Assembly (NCBI GenBank): GCA_951804945.1 | Contig: OX638155.1 | Location: 35,588,001-35,652,000, forward strand | Reading direction: 5' to 3' | Length of the DNA stretch: 64,000 nt | Source of the DNA: Podarcis cretensis | Taxonomy: Eukaryota | In this document: positions 10,318 to 22,300 of the stretch, in pieces | Layout: every line of letters starts with the position of its first letter | Position numbering within the stretch: position 1 is the first letter of the stretch | Notes under the pieces: generated by a model | Database searches by the model: none | Seen by the model: only the letters and a program-made list of their open reading frames with translations | What the model was told of the DNA's origin: nothing | Made by a program: the position numbers and the translations under genes

Positions 10318-13300
10318 CTATAGACATAAAAAAGCGAAAATAAGTTATAAAAGCAGGAAATTGGGGGAATGTCCAATGTGCAAGATCAATAAATATCACT
10401 GAACTCTTGTCACAGGCTATTTTATAAGACTGTGAGGTGGCGGGAGCTGATTAATATTAGGCCACAGCTGTACACTGTCATATGTTTCTTTTAAAATTGC
10501 TTTATTAAATCAGTCTCTCCTGAAAATGGACTGAATAACACCACTATGACAGATTTGAAAAGGCCAGGCTCTTGCTCAAAGGCAAATGTCAAAGAACAAA
10601 GGCAAGGTGTTCAAATATGCCACCTTTTAAAAATCCAGCATGATTTAAACAAAATTAAAAGCAAATTTTGAACTTTGAAAGCTGAATTTTATGGATTTCA
10701 GGATTGTTGACACACTTTCACTGATATTTGCGCATGTAAATTTAAATACATATTCAATTAAACAATTAAGAACCTGATCAGTCTTTTTCAATACAAATCC
10801 ATTAAGATTCCAAGTAATTACCATGCAGTGGAATATGAAAAGAAAACTGTTTTTTTCAATGCTAGCAAAAAAAGGGATGCCTGTTACTGTTTTGGCAAAT
10901 TTGTCCTAGTGCTCTGTGGGGCACTTTACCTTTAAGAAAATAGCAATTATACCTACCTAAGAAAGCTCCAAAAGACACTCTGCCTATACCTGCTCCGATA
11001 AGGTGGAAGAAGAAAGGACAGATTTATAGAAAAACAAGGAAATAAGAGAAGATGCAATATATAAAACAGGAATGTGTTAAGAGAGTGCTGAAAGGTTTGA
11101 AAGTGGTTAGTAGTATCTGAAGGCTGCTCTCCTACAGACCGTACCATTTCAGATTTAAAAATACATTCTGGAGTATATTCTAAAAGTGAATGTTATTTTT
11201 AAGAGCTATGTTAGATAAACAGAAGACAGAGGTCAGTAACTCCATACCTCCAACAGCGTTTTTAATTTGAATGCTGCGAAGAGGAATCCTAACACAACCC
11301 CTTGTGATAAAGGTCAGATTTTTATATATAATGTAGGTTGCCTGTTATTACCTATGGCGACAGCCCACATATCTGGATCAAATTAATACAGCTGAATTAA
11401 ATTCAGACAAAAACTACTGTCATACTGCTCACAGCTGTGTAAACATAGCACATCTTAAAACAGAACAATAGATACTACCCATTATGTAAGTGATAGCTAC
11501 TCACCAAAATATTCATTTAGAAATGCAAGCGAGGCCACATAACAGCAAAGGCTGAAGATTTCAGCCACCACCATTAACCAATGCCATGTTCGTATGGTAA
11601 GTGCAACCATCAAAAGCTCAGTCAGGATTAGTGCAGTGAAAGAAATGGCAACAACATGGACAAATTCAGATTCGAAAAGCAAAAGAGCTCCATACATCAG
11701 AATGCCACCTGAGGAAGATATACAAGAACTTTAATAATGGATTCACTGTAGAGCTCATCTTCTTCATGCATGGTCAGTTACCACACTTCCACTCCTCATT
11801 CTAGGCATTCAGGGACTGCATGGAGAATATGGGAAAGGGGCTCAAACAGGCTGGGGGGGTGGAGATCAATGTTGAACTGCAATTAATAGGTCTGACACTA
11901 CTTGAATATCATATTTCAAGATAAACATAAAGCAATTTTTAAAAGCCCTGTGGATGAAACGTTAAGTTTTGGAAATTTAATTGTGAAAGCTGAAATGGAA
12001 CTGTTAGAAGACAAAAAAAATGTACTCAAGAAAAAAACCAAGACAGATCTCTTACCTTGGTAAATACTGATTAAAACCCAGATGAGGAAAGTCTTAAATG
12101 ACAAAGATCTTCCCTAAAAGAAACAATGAAAGGAAGTTTGTAAGCAACTTGGACAAGGCAAAATATATTCAATTAGCAAAAAACTATGTATTTTTAATTA
12201 TATATTTTGGGACTACAACGACCTGATTTTAAAAACAGAATATATGGGCTACATTTAAGCAATTACATTTGGTACCTAAACTTAAAAGATTTATTTAAAC
12301 TTCTGCAAAAAAGATTCAATTTCCCTATTGAATATATAGTGCTGTTATTCAATTTTGCAATAATTATAATCACTTCTGAAAAAAAAACCTCAGCTGTTGT
12401 TTTGAAAGGGACGTTTGATTTTCATTACTGATATAACACACAATTTCACTTTCTCCCTTAAAATCAACACATGCAACTATAATATGCCAAATGGTATCCA
12501 TGGACCATGACTTCGCACTGCACACAGGGGCTGGGAATCCACCAACCATCTAAATTGCCCACAATGCCCCTGAATGATGATTCCCAGAACCAGCTGCAGT
12601 CAAGAGAGTGGGTGGACCAAAACACCTACTACTTGGGTCCCAGCAGCTGCTCAAGGGTGCTGATGCTGGTCTTAATATGAAGAAACTGCCCAGTGTTCAA
12701 GGCAAAATGTATATAATGTCAACTTATCACTGTATTACTTGCTCTGGAAGTGGCAACTCTTTTTGCAAACTGCTTTAAATTTTTTTTACAATCAAATGGT
12801 GTACAAATTTTATGAAATAAATGAACATAGGGCCAAGGGGAAAAAAGAAAAAAAGGAAAGAATGTCGCCTACATGGACCCGTTTTGAAAACTCTTACCTT
12901 AGTAAGGTCTTTATAAAGTTCTGGATAAAGGAGTGCCATTTCCGGTTTCACATCCTGATCCAGCACTAAAGAGAAAACTGGGAACATCGTGTATATGGTT
13001 GCATACCTCAGGGAGAAATCATTTGAAAAATATTTAAAAATGTATCCTTTACATAAACGTGTTTTCACTTCCATAATAATATCTTGGTGCCCATGCAAGC
13101 TATGGCGTATGTTAGTCTTACTTTTAACATTTTTATCTTCAGCAATCAAAATAACACAATCTGATTATGTATCTGTTTTATATCATTTATACTTAAGAGG
13201 GAGGTTCACAGGAACTCATTGAAAATTGAGGCCTGCTGCATGTGGATTAGCGAGCATGAGATAAACTAAACAAGGGATTTGTGTACTTTTCTACACAGAA

Positions 13301-16300
13301 CTCACTTTTGTGTACTAAATTTGACTTGTGTGAAGTAGCCATTAGTGGCACATGCTTCAATTCATTGGTTTCTGTCTAGAATTAGCACTGGTTTTGAGGC
13401 CATAAGAAAAAGATTATAGTGGCTACCTATAATGGTAACATATTACATGCTGTAATAGTGGTAACATAATGAATGTTACTGTTCATTATAACTAATAGCC
13501 ATTATCATAATAATGATCGCTGTAAACAAAAAACCAAAACACCTCTGAAATAAAGTTTTTCTAGAACTAAATCTCTTACTTACCCTACCATGAGGAAACC
13601 TTGGTATAAAGGAACAGATGCAAAATAGAAGACTGAAGAAAACACAGCCTAGAGGAAGAACACAGTATATTATACTGGGATTCCTACAGATAATCTGGGG
13701 AAATTATTTAAATGGCTAGAACAATGTAGGTAAAGAGTTCACCATGAAAGCAAAAAGAATTAAATACCTGCATAGTTGAAATAATAAGGCCTCTGTGCAT
13801 GACAAACTGACCAAGTGCTGCCGATCTTTTGTAACTATTTCGACCATGTACCATCAGCAGCCGGCCAATGTGTTTAAATTGTGTAATTGAAAAATCAGCA
13901 GCCAAAGAAGCTTGTTTCCCTTCCTAAATTGAAAATAAGAATCACACATTTTAAAGAAATGATCAACACTGTAAACATCACCTTGGAAAAAGTACCATCT
14001 ATTAACAGGTTTAATAATGTGCACCTCCAAATCTGAAAATTCAAGTGATGGGGATTTATACACAGCATGAACTTTTACTATTGTTATTACAACAAATCAT
14101 GAGTAAGATATACATATACCAAACATATTTACAATTTTAACCAGTGGTTTCTAACACATTATAAAGTATACATTTAATAAACTGTAATAAATATACCTTT
14201 CCTTCAATTCCAATTCCACAGTCTGCTGCCTGGATCATATTGACATCATTTCCTCCATCACCTGAAAAAAAGTACAATCACCTGTCACATTTTAGACCAG
14301 TTCCACAATCTTTAAAATTTGCTTGTTGAATTTAATTTCACTTGGAATTAATTTAACAAGTTATCTGAATTAGCATTTAGGTTAGAAGGTTATTTTGCTG
14401 CCTCAGTTTTGGTAATGCCAAACAAAAAGCAGACATATTACAGGTCAGTATGTATCTCTCACTTCAAAGACTTCTGATCCCTTACATTTAAATTGACCAT
14501 TCAGGGAATTTCTCTTGATATGAAATACTGGAGATCCACTTATTAATTGCTGCAAAAACAGAATTTGCACATTTTTTTTAAAAAAAATGTAGCAACTGAG
14601 CCTTCTTAAACCTATTGATTTAAATGGACTCAAGTGTGCTTAATTATCTGCTGGGCAGTAGCAAGAACCTGCTATATTGCTATTATACAGAAATTCATGT
14701 ATCAGCTTGAACTATCACTGAGCAAGGAATAACCAGCAAAGAATCTTTTGATATGGCCACTCTTCCTCAAGTACTTGAAAATGTAAGTTCACGATCCAAG
14801 ACTATGATAAACAAAACTGCATCACCTTTTGAGAACCTGAATTAGAATGAATGGGAAGAATCATGAAAATTATTAAGAAAAAATAGTACTTGTGTATCTG
14901 GACTATTTGTGTGGCATAAAGGATTTGCATATTGTCATAGAAAAATAAGCTCAAAGTAAAATCAAAGGATACTATGATAATATACTTTTAATAATGCATT
15001 TTAAATATTTTTAGTACCAAGCATTAATGATTAAAGCAGAGCTTTTTAATTCTTCACATTTTTTCAATGCTTTTACGAAAACAAATAAATGAAAATATAA
15101 CATTCGCATATTAAATTATCCAGGACAGTTACTTAGTCATTATTGTACTTGAGAGGACAGACATATCATTAGTTTGTCAACAGGAATAAAACCAGAGTGG
15201 ATGCTTACCTATTGCACAAGTACGTTTCCCTGTGTGGTGTTGCAACAATTTTACTATGTGGGCCTTTTGGGTGGGTGAACATCGGCAGCATACTACAGCT
15301 GGACACTGACAAGCTAGTTCCACAAATTCATGCTCATAGTATTTCAAGCAGACCTACAAAAAGCAACATATTGGGGGTTTAGCACTCAACAGAACTCCAG
15401 CAGTATTTTTAGCTTAAACAACATGAGACCAAGCAGTTAGTTGAAAGTTGAATCACTTTTCAGTGCTATTCCCATGCACCAGAAGTACATGTATCTTGGA
15501 ATTTAAATTGGAGAATTTAACTCACAGAAAGTTATTATCATCTTTGATATTGTGAAATGACAAACAAGTTTTTTTGCAGAAGGAGGGTGATAACAAAGTT
15601 ATACTCAAAGTAGATCCATTTATTTCAATGAGTCCAAGGCTGGTATCAGATAACAGATATTCTGGGTAACTGTTCCTCAACTTGGTTTAATCTTACAATA
15701 TTAAGTGTTTTTGATGTAAAACAAACTGCAGACCAAAGGGCCTATTTGGGTCCTCTTTTGGCAGTCTGGTGGTAAAAGTACTTAGTATTAATCACTTTTT
15801 AAATTACCTTAACAGTACAGTCACTGACAAAAGCCAGGGCCTTACCTCCAGAGAGTCCCCAGATATTACCAATGCACAGTCATGTTTCCTTCTGAATGCA
15901 TTTAGCTCCAAATGAGCTTCTCCACGACTTGTAACCTTAATTAAAAAGGAAACATTCAACAGTTNNNNNNNNNNNNNNNNNNNNNNNNNNNNNNNNNNNN
16001 NNNNNNNNNNNNNNNNNNNNNNNNNNNNNNNNNNNNNNNNNNNNNNNNNNNNNNNNNNNNNNNNNNNNNNNNNNNNNNNNNNNNNNNNNNNNNNNAATTA
16101 CTCTGTTTTTTTCCACCCTTAAATCTCTATAAATCTCTTGCTTTCCACTGTAAATAATCAAGATACAGCAATATCTGCAATGCTGAAGGGAAGCTGAGTA
16201 GGTGAAATTTTCTAAAACTCCCCTTCGGAATGATGCAAAGCTGGGGAGTGGGGAGAGGAGCAGAGATTGCACAAGTTGTGGCACATTGTCATAATGCTAA

Positions 16301-19300
16301 ATCATGGTTTATTGCTATATCGGACCAGGGCAATATTTCATAGAAGATGAAAAACTATTGGAATGAGAAACTGTATTCTACCCCAGGATTTCCAAAGGGA
16401 TAAGATATAAGGAATGTGGAGCAGAAGGGATAGCAAATACTGATAATTTCCAAAGTGGACATTTTCATGCAATTATAATTCCAAAAGAGGAAGTCATTGT
16501 GCACTAAGTGAGGGTGGGGAAACTTGCAAGGCGTACTCCAGGAATATGGCCATAGTTTGGGGGAAATGACCATGTGAGCCAAACTGGACAAGCCAGCAGA
16601 CCAAGATCAGCTCACAGACTGGAGTTCCTCCATCTCTGGCCTTGACTATCAGAAAAAGCTGTCAATATGTTCTCAGTGTAGTCCGAAAGACACTAAGCTG
16701 GCTTTACTGCACTTTAGCTATCCTCTGACATGGGGTCAAACTGAAACAGAAGACTTTTTCTGTATGGTTCCCATTGACAATGCCTGTGCAGGTGCATAGT
16801 ATGTGGGCATGTAGGTGCATGAGAACATGTGTATATGTGCATAATTCAACAGATGTCATGAAACATAAAAACCAAATTAAACTGGGGCAGCTAAGGGTGT
16901 ATAGCATTCCCACTGGAATTCATTATTTTACCATACTGTCTGTCTGTCTGTCTGTCTCATAAATTGAATGAACACTTATCATGTCTTTAGCAAACACCAC
17001 AACAGTAGCAGACATTGCTAAGGGTGACAAGAAACAAAGTACTGGTAGCAATACTTACAGGTCTGAAAATATGAATATCTTGTGCTCTGGATACTAGGTG
17101 AGAGCTTTTTGCAATACAAGTAGCTGTCTCCAGTTTATCTCCTGTTAACATCCATATCTATGAAGTAATTGAGAGTAGTTTAGTTGACTATTATTTGTCT
17201 ACTGCGTTCACAAAAAAATGCAAATGTATCTCTGTCCTGAGCATTGTGTTCAATTGCTGTCTATCAAAGGAAATTCTTATTATATATCATTAAACAAAAA
17301 TGTACAGGTCCCCTCTGCTAAGGATATGTTGCAGGGTCCAGCTGTTGAGGCCAGTAGTGGATGGTGCGATGGGGCAGAAGTGCTCACCTGACCTCTTAGC
17401 AGCAGAGTTGCTGCTTTATACTAAGAGTGGGAGGTACAAGTTTGTGGGGAGGTTGGGGCTGTGCAAATGCACTGGCAGAGTTAATACAGCACTCCTGCCA
17501 GCATGTTCACACAGTGCTGAGCTCCCCACCATCTTCTATCTCCCACTCACCTTCCCAGGAAGCAGCAGTGATTCACTAGCCAAGAGATCGGGTGACCAGC
17601 ACTACTCCCGCCCTCGCCCCATCTGCTACTGGTTGAGGCTCTGTGTAGGAAGAAGGGGTAGTTTAGGTTGATAGGACGAAGGTCATGTGAAGTAAGTCAG
17701 TATTGTCATACAAACAGATGTGTCTGTGGCTGCATTCATGGAATATTTCACAGAGAAACATTTTATGACAGTTGCAGGTACAGAATATATTTATGTGAAC
17801 TTTTGTGTACATTCTTCGTTGAATAGTTATCTATTGCTGTAATAGTTAAATAAGTCTTCCATGAGAAGTGACCACATTGGTATAAGAGAACTGAGCTGGG
17901 CTTCTCCTTTCTCTCTCTTTTGTTCTGCGGCCTAATCTGCAGGAGCTTATCCAGTATCCAAACGCTCCTTCTCACATGGTAGCAGACTGAATCATTTGCT
18001 ATTCATGGAAATAAATCTACCATGCAAAGACAACAAATTTAAAGAAACAAGTTAACTATCTGACAAAACAAAAGCTAGTACCTTTATTCCAGCATTTCGA
18101 AGCATCTCCAGAGTTGGCCTGACATCAGCCTGTAGCTGATCTTCAACTCCAGTGAGACACAGTAATTCCATTTCTCTTTCTAAACTCTCCACAACGGCGG
18201 CCACCTTGAGGGTTCTGTCATGTATACTTAATTTTGCTTGGTTGTATCGATTCTATTTACAAGACAAAAATCCAACTTTATATACATAAAAGGTTTTTAC
18301 TTGTTGCCAACTGGGACACTACTGTAAGGCTGTAAGAGCAATCCTGCTGGGTTAGTCCAACACTCTGTTCTCACATGGGCCAACCTCAGCATAACAGCAT
18401 TCCTCCCACTTGTGATTCACAACAACTGATATACAGAAGCATACTGCTTCAGGACAGTGGAGGCAGAACACAGGCATCACGTTTAGTAACCACTGATATT
18501 TTTATGCTCAATTAATATCTTAAATCAGAGATTTTCAACCTTTTTGAGTCCACGGCTCCCTTGACCAACTACATACTTTTTGTGGCACCCCTGTGGAGCT
18601 CAGGAGCCCAGTTATGTCACCCCCTTGTCTGCAGAGCTGGCAGCCGCTCACCCTTTTTCAAACACCCTCCCTTGGGAGTTCTCTGGGGAGCCGCAGCTGC
18701 CACTCCTAGTCAAAGAGAGGTGCCTCCTCACAATGCCCCACATGGGCCTGGGAAGCACCCCCTGACCAGCCCCAGAGGCACCATTCGCCTAGGAAGCTTG
18801 TAGCATGGGACGCTGCAACAGTTGTGCAAGCCTTTGGGAGGCAGAGACGCGAGAAGGCATTAGAGGAGGCAGGGAAGGAAAGAGGGACAGAGGCCAGTGT
18901 TCTCGCAGCAACCCAGACCATCATTCAAGGCACCCTAGGGTGCCACAGCACACTGGCTGAAAACCACTGTCTTAGAGGAACAACATTTCATAGCTCAATG
19001 CTTAGGAGACAACAAGCCTGAAAACTTAAAGATGAGGCTTTGACTGTTGACAGCCTTCCTTGCTGCCAGATTTTCTCCTCCACTCAGAGATAAGTTTGAG
19101 AAGAGGGCAAGAGCTGTGACGATGGATGGCTGGGAGGTAGCTTCATGGGGCTCAGTGTCTTTTCAAGCTTTCTTGAGAAAAGTCCAAGCTTTCTCAGAGT
19201 TTTCTCCTAAAAGCCCACAAAGACTGAGCCTATGATGAATCAAGCTAGAGTAGATCTCACTCATCATTAGTCTATATTAGCCATTCTAAATTATTTTGAA

Positions 19301-22300
19301 ACACTGAAGTATTTTGGATTAAGTGTGTTGTTAAACCCAGAGTAATACAAAAACACCAGTATAGTATGAGGGTTTTTTACCTCAAAATCCTGATACTGTT
19401 CTTCGGTTAATGATTTTTTGGCAACAACCAGAGTGCGTAGTCCTTCTCTTGCCATGTTACCACACTAAAATTGCATATAATAAACAATAAAGCATAGTCA
19501 TGAATTATGAATCAGAAATGTCTTTGCAAGTGATAGGGGCCCATTCACCAAGCTCAAATTAATAGGCTTTGATATCACAAATGAACAATCAATGTGAAAA
19601 AAACTCTAAGGCTGGAAATGGTGCAACATCATTTTGCAAGTTTCTCCCAACTATTCAAGGGAGAGTTACACCAGCTCCAGTCCTTTCTGAAAGGGTGGGT
19701 TCAGAAGGTGGTTCTAGAGGATGGCCTTTTCCACCCCAGAGCTACTGGCCTTTGTGGCGCTTCAAGCTTCCAGCCTCTCACATTTCTAATGCTCACTTAC
19801 ATCTACTATTCAAGAGAGGCAGTGAAAACCTGAAAGAAGTGGCTGGAGACAGTTCTGGGAGGGCAAGCAAATAAACTTAATCCAAATAATATAGAAGTAT
19901 ATTGGTTGAGAAGACCACCGATGTGGTTTGCAACCAGTTTTTAACAGGATTACTCTACAGTTGAAGTGCCTGGGGGCAGAGCTTGCTTGTACACCCTGCT
20001 CCCATCCCCAGTTTAACCTTTTACATGTTCAGACAGATGCCTGAACAAAGTTCTAGACTCAGTGTTATCTTTAAAACATATAAAAGTTAAAATACTAAAA
20101 CAGATTGAAATTACTTCAACTTTCTAAGCATCTGGGCATCTAAGCATCTACAAGCTGCTGTTATCTCTGTGGTTAGGCATGCCTTTCAACTAGCTGAAGC
20201 TGGTAGCTAACTGTAATCCTATCTGGAGAAAACTGACCAGGCTTCAGCAAAACATACACTGGTTACATTCGGTCTAGGCTACTCTATATAGTGAGTGCTT
20301 CCTTTAAAGGCAGCCTAGAAGCTTCATCAACTGCAAAATTCAGTCATAAGAATGACTGCTGGGCCTAGGTGGTTTGATCATATAATATACTGATTTTTCA
20401 TCATCTGCATTTGGTACCCATTCATTGGTGGTTTCAATTTGAAGTGCTAGTACTAGTCTTTAAATCCCCAAACAATTTGGTAACAGATTATCTGAAAGAT
20501 TGCTTTCACCCATGTAAATCTGTAAGGCCCTAAGAGGCCCCTTTCTAGAGCCCAACACTAAGGTCTATCAGGTTGGCATGTAACAGGGTGAGGGCCTTTT
20601 CAGAGGTGGAATTCCCTCTCCCAGCAATTCTTTGCCCTCCTGTCTTAGTCCTTTAAAGCTGCACCCAAATACTTCCTTTAAATTTATCCAAGCCTTGTAT
20701 TGATTTTACTGCTGTCCCCTCATAGATGTTTTACTTTGATGTTTTAAAAGATTTAACACGTTTAATAGGTTTGTTTTAAACATTTTTATTGAAAAAATGT
20801 GATGACTTGCCATAAAAGGTGGGATAGTACTATATTAAATATATAAATTGATAGTAAAAACAAGTAAGTGTCCTGGAAGTTCTATATAAAAATAGCAAAT
20901 AAAGTTGAAAATGAGGAAGCCTGATTGTGAATATTCAACCAAACATTTATGTGGGCCTCTACATGATTTTTAAGCCATTGCTTTATTTCAACAAGTTTCA
21001 TTCCTGCCCACCCAAGCTACACATATTAAAAATGATTTTTAAGTTAGTTTTACAGGCTAATGTATCTATGTGTCATAGGAGAATTACTATTACCATAGCA
21101 TAAACATGATTGGCAGTAAGTTTATTTTGTTAAATTAAAACACAAGAATTAAAAATAATACAAAACAGCAACATTAATGATTCTTTAAAATGCTTGATGC
21201 TCTCTGTCTAGTGCAAAATGATTATTGATTTGACCTCATAATGCTAAATAAATTAAGCAAGTATTTTACAATTAATTGTGCATCATTATCGCCAAAAGTA
21301 ATTTTTATGACACTTTATTAGCTCTTCAGGGAGTTTAATTTATTCATGCCCCTGATTAAATCAAACTGCCTCAAGCAGGTATTGATTTATATTGCCAATA
21401 CCATTATGAACATGCATTGTGTGATCATCACATTACCATATTGTCTATATGTAAGGTCAAATTAAGACAATTGCTGGTGTCTAGTACAGCAACACAGTGT
21501 AACGTATTTAGTTTGTGAAAATAAATTTATTTATAATGTTACAGTAAAAATGTATGGTAGTTAAAAAGAAAATAAAAGAAAAAAGTTGGGTGCATCTAAA
21601 GAAGCTCTTTCAACCTCATTTTATATGTTTATTTGTTCTGGAATGAATTCTGAATACTTAAAAAAGACATCCATCTGTTGTTTAATTTGAGAGTTAACTT
21701 TCTTCTTCTTTTTGCATTATACAAAATTTCTAAACCACTGCAACTCTTTAAAACCTATTAGTGATACACTTAATTGCATTTCCCAATCCATTATTTCTTT
21801 GGTTCATTATTTCTATCTTTGAAGCAGACAGATGTTATTGGACTGGAAGCCATTACTATTTTGCTTCTGTTCTTTAATTTCACAGTTCTACATTTCCTTA
21901 TGACAAAGTAAAACAGTTACTTTTTCTCTTCAAATTGAAACAACTGTTTTTAACATTTCTTACCTCCTCTTCTAGCCAGTCATTATACTGAACAATGGAG
22001 GACATTGCAACATCTGCACCTTTCATGTAAAACGTAATTTCACCTGTAGATTCATCCTGCAGGGGAAGATACTATATATTAGAAAACAGCATAGTCTACT
22101 CATACCACAGGCAAATACCCATAGCCTTTGGTAAGTTATTACCAAAGACATAAAGTATTTGAGGAGGACAAATCAATATTATTCATATAGTTAGCCAACT
22201 TTTATATTTGAAAACTTACATACATTTTCAAAACAATAAGCTTTCATAAATATATGACCTGCAAAACAGATGAAGAAAAAGACTAACAAAACTTACTCTC

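Noticed and set aside
11352-11364. 13-mer CTATGGCGACAGC shared with 49279-49291
   Set aside because: Dozens of shared 13-mers are expected by chance in 64 kb; it is at most an RFX-like motif and not evidence of a repeat system.
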